Origin: Felis catus
Lineage: Eukaryota
Direction: 5' to 3'
Assembly: GCF_018350175.1 (NCBI RefSeq)
Contig: NC_058369.1
Location: 8,928,001 to 8,992,000, forward strand
DNA: 64,000 nucleotides
Below are positions 43,815 to 61,007 of the stretch, piece by piece. The notes beneath the pieces were generated by a model. The model searched no databases. It had not been told where the DNA came from and was given only the letters and a program-made list of their open reading frames with translations. Both the position numbers and the translations under genes were made by a program. Each line of letters opens with the position of its first letter. The stretch's first letter is position 1.

Positions 43815-44124
43815 CCCAAGGTGTCTGGCCCAGCACCTGGAGGGATGGAACGCCAGAGGGGTTCATTTTGGGGCAGGTGAGGTTTGCGGTGCCGGGGAAG
43901 CGATCCGAGGCAGGTGGCTGGAGGTCAGGGGAGAGACCTGCACCGGTAACTGCCCCCCATCCTTCCCTCCACAGGGTGCCCTGGCACTGGCCCTGCCCGT
44001 GGGTCCTGGTGTGGTGCAGTCGCTGTCCTACCACCCCCTGGAGCCCTGCCTGCTGACTGCCGTGGGGGGCAGCGTCCACTGCTGGCGGGAAGAGGCTTAT
44101 GAGGTGGAGGGTGGCACGGGCTGA
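40578..44124 (+). CDS. WDR83: WD repeat protein 83 (MORG1), 315 aa; join(40578..40680,40758..40878,40961..41066,41340..41388,41462..41588,42509..42576,42684..42792,42880..42994,43975..44124)
   Basis: MAFPEPKPRGPELPQKR...AVRAVRFNVDGNYCLTCGSDKTLKLWN; WD40 repeats; 948 nt in frame. Confidence 0.97.
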
Positions 44125-44177
44125 AGCTGGGGGACCCACCGCCACCAAGGGCACAGACTCCAGGCTCACAGAGACCA

Positions 44178-44233
44178 TTTATTGGAGACCCGCTGCTGAC
44201 CAAGGAGTGAGGGGAGAACTGCACGCTAATAAA
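44178..44233. terminator. Opposed polyA signals: DHPS AATAAA (-, 44178-44183) and WDR83 AATAAA (+, 44228-44233)
   Basis: Direct reading between the two stop codons (44124 and 44269). Confidence 0.85.
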
Positions 44234-44268
44234 TAGAGGAGGGGAGGCTTCGCTGGTGCGGTAGCCAT

Positions 44269-47977
<3,709 letters not shown>

Positions 47978-48330
47978 GCTCCTGCGGCCGCACTCTCAGA
48001 TCACAGCCACCCCAGGCCAGGCCTCCAGCGGCCTCGAAACGCGCTAAGCCCCGGCACGCTCTTCTGTAAGACAGTGCAGGAAGTAGGGCTTGGGAGAACC
48101 TGCCGAAGGGGACGGGAAGTTGTTTGGTCACATGACTCTCTGTGACTTCCGTAATCCAGGACGCGTCCATCTTTGCGCGTGCGTTCCGTAATACGGAAGC
48201 CGCGAGGAGCCGTTGTTCCCTTTCGCCCCTTGTCAGCCCGAGATGAAGAGTCCTACTTTTACTGCCGCCTGCTGGACACCCACCGCGTTGCGCGGCGCTC
48301 TCCCGTTCGTTTCTGTCCCGTTGGGGGAAA
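47978..48330 (-). promoter_or_regulatory. DHPS CpG promoter
   Basis: Several GGAAG(T) ETS sites, YY1-like CCATCTT near 48166, CpG-rich. Confidence 0.65.
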
Positions 48331-48679
48331 AGGATGGCTTCTTAGACGTCGCCCTTGGACAGGATTCGAGTCATCAGGAGATGTCAGATAGTTTCTGCCT
48401 CTGGGCGTCTCTCATCAAACGGTTTACTGATCCCTGTTCGTGCCTCACAGGTCTCCAGAGACTCCACAAGCTACCTAACTCTCTGATCTTCCCCTGGCAG
48501 CAGCGGCTGTCGCTTCTTCCAGGAAGCCTTCCCTGACCTTCCTCAAAGTAAGGGACCTCCTCTGGGATCCAAGGCTGACATCAACCTCCAGCAAGGCTGT
48601 GAGACCTTCGAAGGCGGGGTCTGTATCTTATGGGTCCTCAGAGCCCTGGACGGGGTCTGGTCCAGGGGGATTCTTTTAA

Positions 48680-50720
48680 CAAGTCCCTTTACAATTTATG
48701 GAGTCTGTACTATACGTTGAGCCCTGTATGTGGCGCGGCAGCTTTATCAGTGAATGAGATGCAGGCCCTGCCCTACTGGAGTCCACAGTTTGGGGAGCTA
48801 GAAAGGTAACAACAATAGCGGTAAGTGTTATTGAGGATTCAGAAATGATGGTGTGTCTTTGAATTAGGGATGGATGGAGGGGTAACCGGTGGCCTTATTT
48901 GCAGGGACAGGTAGTTAGGGAAGGACACCGAGGAGGTGACATTTGAGCCAAGGCCAGAAGGCCAAGAAAGTCCCCATATGTGAAGATTTGGGGAGGCCAT
49001 TCCCCCATCGTCCCCCGTTGGTAAAGAAACCTTTGCCAGTGCAAAGGTCCTGAGGCCAGAGATTAGCCTACTTAATTGGAAGAAGAGACCATCTTTGACA
49101 GTCTCCACTTGGATCTCAAACTCACCACCTCAGTCCCTCTCCTCCTAACTCTGATCTCCCTGAAGTCTTCCACACCTCAACAAAGAGCCCTCAACTCAGC
49201 AAAGGAGCGCTCCACACACCTGGTAGGTTCAAAACTGGGGAATTGAACTTGATGTCTCCCTTTCTCTCACACCCACATCCATCCCTCAGCACAGCCACCA
49301 AGTGCTACCCACAAAGTAGGTCCCAAATCCAGGTGCTTTTTTTTTATTTTTAAATAGAACTGACCTAGCACATTATATTAGTTTCAGGTGTGCAACTCAA
49401 TGGGCATTTGTATCCAGGTGCTTCTCGTTCTCAGCCTCCACGTGGGGCTACCTTCCCTCTGATTCATCTTCCAGCTGTGGCCAGAGAGCTCATTAAACAG
49501 AAGCCAGATACATCATTCCTTTTTAAATGTTGTTATTGTTTAGAGAGAGACAACGCGAGAGCGGGGGAGAGGGGCAGCAGGAGAGAGCGAGAGATCGAAT
49601 CCCAAACAGGCTCCACGCCCAGCACAGAGCTCGATGCAGGGCTTCCTCCCGCGACCCTGGGACCATGACCTGAACCGAAATCAAGAGTCAAACACTCCAC
49701 TGACGGAGGTAGCCAGGTGCCCCCACCAATTCTTTTTTATTGTGGTAAAATGTATATAACAAAATCTATTATCATAATCATTTTTAAATGTTTATTTTTG
49801 AGAGACAGAGCAGGAGACGGGCAGAGAGAGAGGGGACAGAGGATCCCAAGCAGGCGCCGCACAGACAGCAGAGAGACCTAGCTGAAGTAGGATGCCCAGG
49901 CGCCCCTATTATCATAATCACTGTAAGGCGTACTGTTCCGTGGCATTAAGCACATTCACACTGTTGTACAAACATCATCACCATACATTTCCAGAACCTT
50001 CTCATCTCTCCAAACTGAAACTCTGCCCCAGGAAACACTAACTCCTTACCCTTCCCCCCAGCCCCTGGTTTCCACCATCTGCTTCCTGTCTCTATGGATT
50101 TGACTCCTCTAGGGACCTCACATAGATGGGATCGTGCATTATCGGTTATTTTGTGACTGGCTCATTTCACTTAGCATAATGTTCTCAAGGTGCATCCGTG
50201 TTGTAATGTGATTTTTTACCAGATCCCGCTGGATGCCTTGAGAAGGGTGGTGGGGAGCGGGGGCAGTGGGGAAGGGAAGAACAGGGGAGACCAGAGCGGA
50301 GGTAACTGCACAGGTCCGAGCCGGCAGAGGTGGGCGCAGGAGCTGGGAGATGCCAACAGGTGTGGAGAGAAGTGACCAGACTGAGAACCTAATTTGAAGT
50401 TGATCTGAGGGTTCCTGGGAAAGGATCAGAAAGGGGACACCAGAAACGGAGGATTGAAGGGGTTCAAGATTTGGGCCAGGGCAGTTGGGTGGATGGTGGT
50501 GAACTTGGGGGCAGAAGATCTTGGGGGGGGGGAGGATAATCTGGAGCCCAGCTTTGGCCGAGTTAGATGAGAGACCCCCGAGACATCAGTGTGACCGACT
50601 GAAGAGCAGGAAGCTCTTTGGGCAGGTCTGAAATCAGGGACGGGGCTGGGATGGGGACAGGTGGAGCCATCAGCATAAGCAAGTGGATGGAGTAATCTGT
50701 GGGTAAGATCCCGGGGGTGA
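48680..50720. mobile_element. Mosaic of L2, L1 3' end (~49730-50200) and CAN-SINE fragments
   Basis: gaggaggtgacatttgag (L2-like); ttttgtgactggctcatttcacttagcataatg (L1 3'UTR-like); SINE remnants. Confidence 0.6.
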
Positions 50721-51065
50721 GTGTAGATGGAGGGGGAGAGGCAGGCCCGCACCTGAGCCAGGGTACACTCTATACACGGTGGGGAGCAGAGGCCGGGAAC
50801 CCCGCCTTCCCCTTAGCCAAGGTGACATGTGACACCAGCGCAGCCACTGGGCCCCCTGGGGCAGGGACCCCCCTCAGCTGAGGCAGCTGCTGCCGCTGAC
50901 ATTTCACTCCACGAGTGTCCAGGCTTCAAAGTCTCTGCAGGGGTGGGGGAGGAGAGGAGGGGGCTGAGAGGCCGGGCTGGCAAGGGAGGGAGCCAGAAGT
51001 GGGCTGCTGGAGGATTGAGCCGCCGGGAATCCGCCGGAGTCCTCAGCTGAAGTATGTGGTCCTGA

Positions 51066-51773
<708 letters not shown>

Positions 51774-52358
51774 TAGGGTCGGGGTCCCACTCTACATGCC
51801 GACACACGTCACACGCGCCCACAGGTGCCGTCGTACAGATGTGCGCACGCCCTCAAGGGCCTCCTCCCTCACAGACACCCACATCCGCCAGCACACAGAT
51901 GTGCGCAGACAGGGTCACCTCCCTAGTGACACCCGGACACACGTGATCACAGAAATGCACTCGAGCGGGCACAGGTGCCCGCAGACGTAAGTAGTGGCTG
52001 CCAAGGCTTTCACGACCGTCTCGCAGACCCCCCCCCCCCCGCCCCGCCACGAGCAAGCACAGGCAGAGCCCTCGGGTGACACCAGTACATCAGGTTTATT
52101 TCTCCTTTGCTCTCCAGGGAGAGCAGGTGTCCAAACCATAACAAAAACTGGGCCCAAGGGAGGGGAGCAAGCAGTCCCCTGGGTGGGCCTGAATGGCAGC
52201 CTCACCTTCCCTGGTGTGGGGCGCAGCCCGGGGACACTGCCTAACCGTGGCCCGGACTCCTTGGGCCCCAGGCCGTTGGGACAGGGCAGAGGCGGCACCG
52301 GTGTGGGGGAAGGTCCCCCGAGAACAGAAGCCCTGGCCCAGCCTGCGGGCCGGCAGAC

Positions 52359-52402
52359 CCACATCCACATCCACGTCCACGTCCACGTCCACGTCCACGT
52401 CC
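52359..52402. repeat. Hexanucleotide repeat (CCACAT)2(CCACGT)5 in FBXW9 3'UTR
   Basis: Direct reading. Confidence 0.95.
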
Positions 52403-52408
52403 GCCTGC

Positions 52409-55400
52409 TCAGGCCTGCAGCCGCCAGACCTCCAGCGATAGACCCCCAGAGGCAGCTACCACCAGGTTGCCCTCGGCACAAATCTGGGAGGGCAGGGACA
52501 GAAGTAGTCAGGGCCGTTCTGGGCAGCTGGGGAGGGTGCACAGGGCAGGGCCTTACCCCGTTTAGCACATTGTTGTGGCTTCGGGTGCAGATGGTCCTCG
52601 GTGGATCCGTGGGCACGTGCACCTGGTGAGGGGCGATGGGCAAAGGTCAGGAAGTGCACCTCTGACCGGCGGCGGGGGGGGGGGTGGAGGGGGGGCAGGG
52701 AAGGGAGGGGGCCTGTCTTGGGGCCTCACCCGGATGGTCTTGTCGGTGGACGTGGTGTACAAGGCCCCCAGTGAGTGTTTGATGCCTGTGATCTGAGACC
52801 TGTGGCCCACGTCAAAGGACTGCAGAAAAGAGGAACAGGTGACACTCAGGTAAGGGCTCTCCCAACGCCAGCCCGACAACCACCCAGGGGTCGAGAGGTA
52901 GGGAGGAGGCCCAGGGACGGTTGGGCAAGGGGCAAGAGCCCCGGCAGACCCGGACGAGTTGGAAGCAGCCACTGTGGTTGGCGAAGACGTGCAGCAGGCC
53001 CTGGTTGTCACCAGCCCAGAGCTGGGGCTCCCGGTAGGACATGCAGAGCAGGTAGGAATCCAGCTGTGGGAGGGACGCGGGACACGGCAGCTCAGGCCAG
53101 GCCAGGCCGCAGCCGCCGTCCCTCCAGGCCGCAGGGGAGGGCGCACCTGCAGTCGCTGCAGGACGCTGTTGGCCCGGCGGTCGAACACCACGAGTGTGTG
53201 GTCCTCGCTGCCCGAGATGATGTGACGGTCGTCCGCCAGCAGCGCCAGCACCGCGCTGGAGTGCAGCCGCCTGCTCTTCAGCAGCGCCGGGCCCGCTTCG
53301 CGAGTGATGCAGGGAGGAGGGAGACGTCAGAGCCCCTCGGAGGGGGCCCCAGGCCGCTCCCCACTCGGCTGAATCCTTGGTCTGCCCCGCCCACCCGCAT
53401 CCTGCAAGTGGTCCCGGCTTTCTCTTCTCCTGTCCCGTCTGAATCTGGGCCATCCAGGACCCCCAAGTCTCTGCCCTCCCATCTCCCATCGCCACCCCAT
53501 CTGCTCGCAGTGCAGAGCAGACCTCGGCAAGTCCCAGCATAAAACGCTTCCTCCTGCCGACTGATTGGAGACGAGTCCCACCATCACCCATCACCCTGCT
53601 CTGGCTGTGCCTGGGCCAAGAGCCCAGCCCTTCAAGTAAAAGAAGAATAAATAGACAGACAACAGAAAAGGCTCATATGCTGGGCAGTGTTTATCCTAGG
53701 CTTTTTATGTGAACATTTACTCCACCAAGGCTCTTACTGTCATCTCCTCCAATTAACCCTAGGGGGCTGGAGTCATTATCCACATTTTACAGATGGGGAG
53801 ACTGCGGTTCGAGCTTGAGAGCGAGGAAGTGGTGGACTCAGGGTTCTCGGGGGCTGTTCCACCTCCCACAGCATTGAGGCTCAGAGGCCCCTCCTCCGGA
53901 GCCCTCCCATCCTTCGCCGCAGGTGGAGGGGGGCTTCTGCCCCAACACCCGGCCCCCCCACCAGTTGCCTTGGTTGCCCCCAGCACAGCCCAGGCCACTC
54001 TTGAGTGGTCAGCCTCTGGTTGTGACTATCGTCGCAGCCAGGCTGTGAGGTTCAAGGGTCTCCTTCCCCGGCATGACCCTGGAGACCCCAGGTGGCCCTG
54101 CTCTCCCCACCTAGGCCCCAGGGCCCCTAGCCCACCTCTGGGGTCGTAGACGGTCACCTTCTTGTCATAGGTGCCAGTCACCAGGATGTCAGGCCGGTAG
54201 GACAAACACAGCACGGCCGCCTTGCCCCTGGGAACACACGGACCGCAAGGTCGGGGCTGCGACTGCACAGCACCCGGCCCTGCCCTGCCCCCGCTGCCCA
54301 GGACCCCACACACTTTATCTCGCCGAACTGCTGCCCGTCTGCCGCCATGTCCCAGAGCTTCACCGTGCTGTCCCAGGAACCGGAGCACACGCGGTGGTCC
54401 AGCGCTGCCAGCGACCACACCCAGCCCTGCGGACCAGACCTGCGATCATCCCCCTCTCAGAGGTAATAAAATTTAGGGTCAGAGGACGGAGACAACTGAC
54501 CCAGGGACCCAGAACAAGTCAGCTCCAAGTAGAGGTTAGGACTTAGGTCCGTGGGTCTGACTCCAGAGCCCAGGGGTACACACCCACACAGAATATTCCT
54601 AAATCCCTGTGAGACTCAGCAGCAGCGGTGGTTTGAGGCCACCTAACAATGTGATTAAGAACGGGGCCTCCACTAGGGGCGCCTGGGTGGCTCAGGCGGT
54701 TAAGTGGCCGGTCTCAGCTCAGGTCATGATCTCGTGGTTTGTGGGTTGGAGCCCTACATCAGGCTGCGTGCCGACAGCTCAGAGCCTGGAGCCTGCTTCG
54801 GATTCTGTGTCTCCCTCCCTCGCTCTCTGACCCTCCCCCGCTCCTGCTGTCTCTGTCTCTGAAAAACAAGCAAATGTTAAAAAAAATTTTTTTTAATTAA
54901 AAAAAAAAAAATGGGGCCTTCACTCCGTGGCCTGGGCAAATGAAGTACCCTCCTTCAGTTTCTTCATTGAGAAGATGGGCACAAAAAACAGCCCCTGTCT
55001 CAGGAGCTAACATGCACAAAGCACTGGCTGGTGACTAACTCCCCCCCAACCCCAACCCCCGCCAGACTCTCTGAGGACAGTACTGTAATTGTGTCCCATT
55101 CTACAAATGAAGAGACTGGAGCACAGAGAGGTTGCGTCCTGTGCCCAAGGTCACACAGCCAGAAAGCAGCAGAGTGGGGATTTGAACCCAGTAGCCTGGC
55201 TCTGAGACCAAGCTCCTGGCCACCTGCCTAGACCACCTCAATGACTGGTGGAGGTGCCCTCCACAGCCATTTCTCCCGAGATGCCAGCCATGCTCAGAGC
55301 TTTGTGATCCCCGCCGGCAGCCTCGTAACTGCCACCTGCCGTGCCCTGTGCCTCTCAAGGTCTGCCTGACGACCACCGAGCGCCTGTGGTGTGTCCCAGC

Positions 55401-57782
55401 CTAAGCGAAGCTCTTAGTGTGCGCTCATCCCATTCATTCTCATCCGGACCCCACACAAAGTAGAAACGGAGGCCCAGAGAAGCCCTACGTCTCATCCAAT
55501 GTCCCACTAACAGTAGCAGAGCAAGATTTAAATCTCTGAGGTCCAGTGCCAAAGAAAACTCACGCCCTTAGCCACGGCACCCTACCCAGGCTTCTCCCCT
55601 CCTACCCGTCTGGCTTCCTTTTTTTTTTTTTTTTTTTTTTTTAATATTTATCTATTTCTCTCTCTCTCTCTACCTGAGAGGGAGAGAGAGAAAGAGCTCA
55701 AGGAGGGGCAGAGAATCCCAAGCAGGCTCTGCGCTGCCAGTGCAGAGCCCAGTGAAACTCAAACTCAGGAACCGTGAGATCATGACTGGAGCCGGAATCA
55801 GACGCTCAACCGACTGAGCCCCCCAGGCAACCTCCCCCCCCTTTTAAAAATATTTATTTATGGCCTCCCAACCCCTCACCTTGTGGGTGCTGTTCTTCTG
55901 GGTGCCCAGGGCCTTGACTAGAACTCGGCTGGGCTCCACCCCGAGCTGCCGCAGGTCCCACAGGTTGACGTTGCGATCTCGGGAGCCTGACAGACAAAGC
56001 GTCCCACCCTGGGAAGAGAGTGAGGTGGTGTTGTCGGGGTCACCCAAGCCCACCCCTGCCTGCCCCCCACCGCCCCTGCTTCACCTGGAGCAGCAGCACG
56101 GAGTCGATGGAAGCAAAGTGTCCGTCGGCCAGGCAGAAGTACTCAGCCCAGCGCCCGTCCTCGGCCCAGCGCGACAGGTGTTGCTCCAGCTCAATGCAGG
56201 CCGTCGGCCAGTCAAAGTCCTCCTCTGTGGGGCACCGTGAGCAGAGTCCCCAGTGGGCAGGAATCCCGACATCCACACCAGCTCCAAGCCCACCTCTGGC
56301 TTCTGGGAAGCCCAACCTTCACCAGACTTGGAAACTGCCCCCCCCCCGTCCCCGTCCCGGGAGCCCTCACCCCACCCAAGGAGGCCCGGGATCTAGCTTT
56401 GGGACCACCAGTCCACCAGCCTTCCAAGCAGGTCTAGAACAACTCACCCCAGTTTCCAAAAATTGGGTAACTGGAGACTCAGTGCCGCTTTCCCAGGCCT
56501 CAGCACCCCCCGCCCCAACCCTGAGGATAGTAGCCTCAGGACGTTAAGGTCCTGCCTCAACCCTCAGGCTAAGCCTCGGAACTAGGACTTTTTGCGTCAA
56601 TGATCTTAACCAGACCCAATGAAGTGTTGTCAAATTAGTGTTGTCAAATCTGTAAACTTGGGAGCTCTGTCAAGATGTAGAACTCAAGCCCCAGGTGCAG
56701 AGAGTCAGCGGTATGATGGGACTCCAGCAACTATGTTTATCAAGCTGTTCAGAAAAGTCCCATCAATTCAAGGTCACCAAAGCTGTCTTATCCCCCAGGG
56801 ACCAATGACCTCAGGGACAGGACGAATTACCACCAGCCCTTGCCTAAGATCAGGCTAGACCCTGGGCTTGGGGATCTGTGATTGTGGGTATCCTAACCTC
56901 TAAACTCTAGATTGGGTTCAAGGGTTGAGGGCTCTGGACCTTTAGACCATTCCTCACTCCTACCTAGGTCAAGAGTCTAAGAGTGAGGGGCTTTGGATCA
57001 CCAGTTGCTAGCTCAGCGTCTATACTCAGAGGATTCTTTGGCTTACCCTGAGCCCCCAAGAGAGTCCAGAAGCTGAGACTTCAAGTCCCTGTGTCAACCA
57101 CCGGACCCCAAGCCTGAGGATCCTTGGGTCCTGAGTTCAGGGACCCCAACCCCCCAGGATAAATCTCCACAGCCCCGGAACCCCAAGCATCTGGTTCACG
57201 GTCCACCCGGAAGGTCAGGGGCTTTGGCACCATCGGTAACTACCTCAGCCTCCACCCAAGCCGGAACAACCAGGAAGCCTGCTCCAGGGCTCTGCTCACA
57301 GCACCCCAGGTACCTAATCCCCTGCCCCAAACCTAATCTGGGCAGCTGACCCCGGCCCCCCAGGCGCGCGCACCTTCCACCACTGGGTAGGGCGCGCGTA
57401 CGCGGCGCTGCGCGCGTAGTCTCCAGGTGACATGGTCACGCACGAGGTCGCGCAGCGTGTGGCACACGCGCGGCAGGACGTGGAGCACCAGACGCGCGTC
57501 TAGGTAGGCGCAGATCTCGAGCAGCAGCTCCGGAGGAAGGCTCAGCAGGCCCGGGACGCCCACGGGCGGACCCTTGGACGCCGCCCGCGGCTCCAGGGCG
57601 CCAGGGGACGCGACCGGAGCCGACAGCAAAGGCGCGCGCGGGAGCGCCTGCCCGACTTTCGGCGGACTGAGCACGCGGGCCACGTAAGCCTCGGCCTGCG
57701 CGTCGGGGTCGGGCTCCGGCTCCGGGTCCGAGTCATCGTCCCAGGCGCGGGGATCGTCGCGAGGCCCTGGGGGAAGCTCCAT
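52409..57782 (-). CDS. FBXW9: F-box/WD repeat protein 9, 458 aa; complement join(57374..57782,56085..56224,55880..56008,54314..54426,54136..54227,53147..53295,52950..53063,52730..52819,52557..52622,52409..52483)
   Basis: F-box [17 protein letters not shown]; WD40 repeats ([24 protein letters not shown]); 1377 nt; minus-strand AATAAA at 52095-52100. Confidence 0.96.
54676..54910 (+). mobile_element. CAN-SINE in FBXW9 intron 3
   Basis: SINE head and tail, TSD ggggcct.cact. Confidence 0.85.
55620..55830 (-). mobile_element. CAN-SINE in FBXW9 intron 3
   Basis: Diverged SINE body with polyT. Confidence 0.75.
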
Positions 57783-58000
57783 GGCGACCGAGTGGGCGCG
57801 GCCAGCCCGGCCCTGTCAGCCGACGGCCCCGCGTCCCGTCTCCTAGGCAGCGCGAAGGCACTTCCGGCGCCGCTTAATGATGTTGCAGCGCCGACCGGAA
57901 GCGAGTGGCGCGCGCGGAAACCGGCCGGACCGTAGGACCCCACTGTTTTTGAGGGCTCCCACGGTACAGCCCCGTGGGCCCTGGGCTGGAAAATGTAGAT
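57783..58000 (-). promoter_or_regulatory. FBXW9 CpG promoter
   Basis: ETS sites cacttccgg (57859) and ccggaag (57895), CpG island. Confidence 0.65.
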
Positions 58001-58356
58001 TCCTGCTCCCAGCGTTTGTTGAACAGGCATCTGTGGCGGTCCTGATACAGACGGCCAGCCGACTCCGGTTTGACGCGGCTCGGCCAAAGGCATCGCTCAC
58101 AGGAGACACTGGGCTTAGAAATGCAGTCTCTCTTCTGAGTTCAAAGTCTGGGGCTTTTATTGGGACTTCAACTCGTGTCTCTCCTTCCGGAGCCAGAAAG
58201 GTGCAGTTGTACTGCAGAGTCCCCGGTGAAACAAATCTCTGAATTCCCTATAATCGTTATTTCTCTCTTACTTACTGAAAGCCTCTTTTGAGCCAGGCGG
58301 GGTTAACCGAGCCACATAAATATCCCAGAGCACTTGCTGTTTTTCTCTGCCTCACT

Positions 58357-58545
58357 CTTTTTTAAATGTTCATTTATCTTTGAGACAGAGAGAGAAAGAG
58401 AGAGTGCAAGCGGGGGAAGGGCAGAGAGGGAGACGCAGAATCGGATGCAGGCTCCAGGCTCTGGGCTGTCAGCACAGAGCTCCATGCGGGGCTTGAAATC
58501 AGGAGCCTCGAGATCATGACCTGAGCAGAAGTCGGATGCTTAACC
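58357..58545 (-). mobile_element. CAN-SINE
   Basis: SINE body. Confidence 0.8.
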
Positions 58546-59536
58546 GGTTACCACCTTCACAGTGAGGCCTCCCCACAGTACCCTACGGTAACACTGACCA
58601 GTTTCCCACTGTTCTTTCCCCTCCCCTCTTTTTCTCTATGGGACAGATCACAGTTGCACTGCTTATCTCCTGTGCCCTCGCTAAAAATGTATGTTGAATG
58701 GATGCTGGACGTATGTCCGTGTCCGCTTTTCTCCCCCAAGATGATGCACGTGACTTTGGGCCCTGTTGAGGTTGCAACAAGATTGTATTCTGAGGCTGTG
58801 TGTCCCCAAGAGCTTAGCAGTTTTTGATTTGCCTCAGTAACTGTCACTCATACTTACTTATTACACCTCCAAGAGGCCTGGTGCCGAGCTTTTTACAAAA
58901 ACATCTAACCTGCCCCATGACCCGGAGTTGTGGGGTTAGGCGGAGAGGAGTGCTGCAAGGCTTTGCCCCTTAGTTTGGTCTAAGGCGGATGGGGATCTGC
59001 AACACTAAAGGCTCCCTTTTACTGAATTCAAGAGACCTGTAATTACATTCTGGAGAACACACTACATGTGTATGTTAGGACATTTAATCTTAGTCATTCA
59101 CTTTCACCTTTCCATTTCACTGGGAAGAAAGGTGAGAGGCTCCAGGTACCGAGAAATGTACCCTGTTAATGGTTACCTACTTCCCTACTCCGCCAATGAT
59201 TTCCTGAGTCCTGTGCATCCCTACTTCTAAAGCGTCCCAGGCAAGCCCCTCCATGTCTTTACTGCCAAAGCCGAGGATACAGGAGGCTGGACGGAGACCA
59301 AGTGTTTCACAAGAAACTGATCTTTACTCAACAAAGTTCTACACAAGTGGAATCTCACGCCACCTTGGCGCCAATCCCCAGCACGGCACAGTAACAAATG
59401 GACAGACCCTGGAGCCCGTAGGAGGAGGAGGGGGAGGGGGAAGGAGGGATGTGGAAAACAGAGGAACTGCAGATCGAGGCCAGTCAGGGTCTGCAGCCCT
59501 GGGCAGGGAGGAAGGTTGAGAAGCTGAAACTTCGTT

Positions 59537-59683
59537 NNNNNNNNNNNNNNNNNNNNNNNNNNNNNNNNNNNNNNNNNNNNNNNNNNNNNNNNNNNNNNNN
59601 NNNNNNNNNNNNNNNNNNNNNNNNNNNNNNNNNNNNNNNNNNNNNNNNNNNNNNNNNNNNNNNNNNNNNNNNNNNNNNNNNNN
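59537..59683. other. Assembly gap (147 N) in TNPO2 3'UTR region
   Basis: Run of n. Confidence 1.
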
Positions 59684-59836
59684 CCTTTCCTGAATGGCTG
59701 GAGCCCCCCATCCTGGGTGGAGAAGGGGTTACCAATCCCAGCAGCCAGCCGCTCCACCCACAACCCCCAAGGCCCAGTAGAGGATGCCCCAAAGAACTGG
59801 ATTACCAGAAAATTCAATGGTACCTAATTTTTTTTT

Positions 59837-59872
<36 letters not shown>

Positions 59873-60838
59873 AAATGGCTTCCAGAGACCTGTTGGGAGT
59901 CTGACAGGGTAAGGAAGCCAGCTGAGTTTATGGAATGTGCACCATGTACCCCTTGGAATCGAGGCAGGGCCCGACCCTGTCTGGGAGAAGACACAAGGCT
60001 ATAACGGGGCCGGGTCCAGGGCCCTGCGGGGATGAATGGAACAAGTCCCAGGATGTAGGAATCCAGTCAAAGCCCCACAAAACGACCCCCAGAAAAGCGA
60101 AAAGTAAGGGAGGAGAAAAAGGAAAACATTAAGGGGGCTGCAGGGCCCGGTTCAGTTCTGAGGCCAAGTGGGAAGTGACCACACCCCCCCGCCCCTCTAG
60201 GAGTGCCGCCCACACTGTGACTGCATCTCCAACCATTCCCAGAAGGTTCCCTAGAATCACTGCCCCTATCTGGTGGGGTCCTGTAGCCCGCCGGGAGCCA
60301 CGAAGACAGGAAGCCCCAGGGACAGAGAGAGTGGGGTCAGGGGGTGTACCACCTTCTCCTCCTCCAAAGCCCTTCATTTCCTTCTTGCTGGCAAAGCCTG
60401 AACTTTCATCCTCTGTCCCCACCAATTAAATGCCCTGGCCCCAGCCCTCGTGTTAAAACTCAGGCTGGAACCTGAGAGGAGGGCTCTTAAGAAGCACAGA
60501 GAAACAGACTGCCCTTGAAACGGACTTGCTTATGGAGAGACGCAGGGAGCAGAGGTCAGCAGCTCTGGCTGCCCCCAGCCCTCTTCAGGAAAAAGGTCCT
60601 GGCCCAGCGTCTTCAAAAGTCACTGGAGCACAGTGAGGGGGAGAAAGGGCAACCTCTGGCCAGCCTCGGCCACTCCGGCAGTCCCCACTCTTCTGGCTGG
60701 GACACAACAAGGAGGGGGACGCACGGGCTGTGGATGCCACAGAGCCGGCAGGAAGTGTGCGGAGCAGGTCCGAAGCGTGCGCGAGCTGACTCGGGCGGCC
60801 TGAAGACAGCCGTCCTCTTCCCCCGCCCCAGGGTCCCG

Positions 60839-61007
60839 NNNNNNNNNNNNNNNNNNNNNNNNNNNNNNNNNNNNNNNNNNNNNNNNNNNNNNNNNNNNNN
60901 NNNNNNNNNNNNNNNNNNNNNNNNNNNNNNNNNNNNNNNNNNNNNNNNNNNNNNNNNNNNNNNNNNNNNNNNNNNNNNNNNNNNNNNNNNNNNNNNNNNN
61001 NNNNNNN
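60839..61007. other. Assembly gap (169 N) in TNPO2 3'UTR region
   Basis: Run of n. Confidence 1.

Noticed and set aside
54668-54684. CTCF-like CCACTAGGGGCGCC at a SINE junction
   Set aside because: One G short of the core spacing; formed by the SINE head
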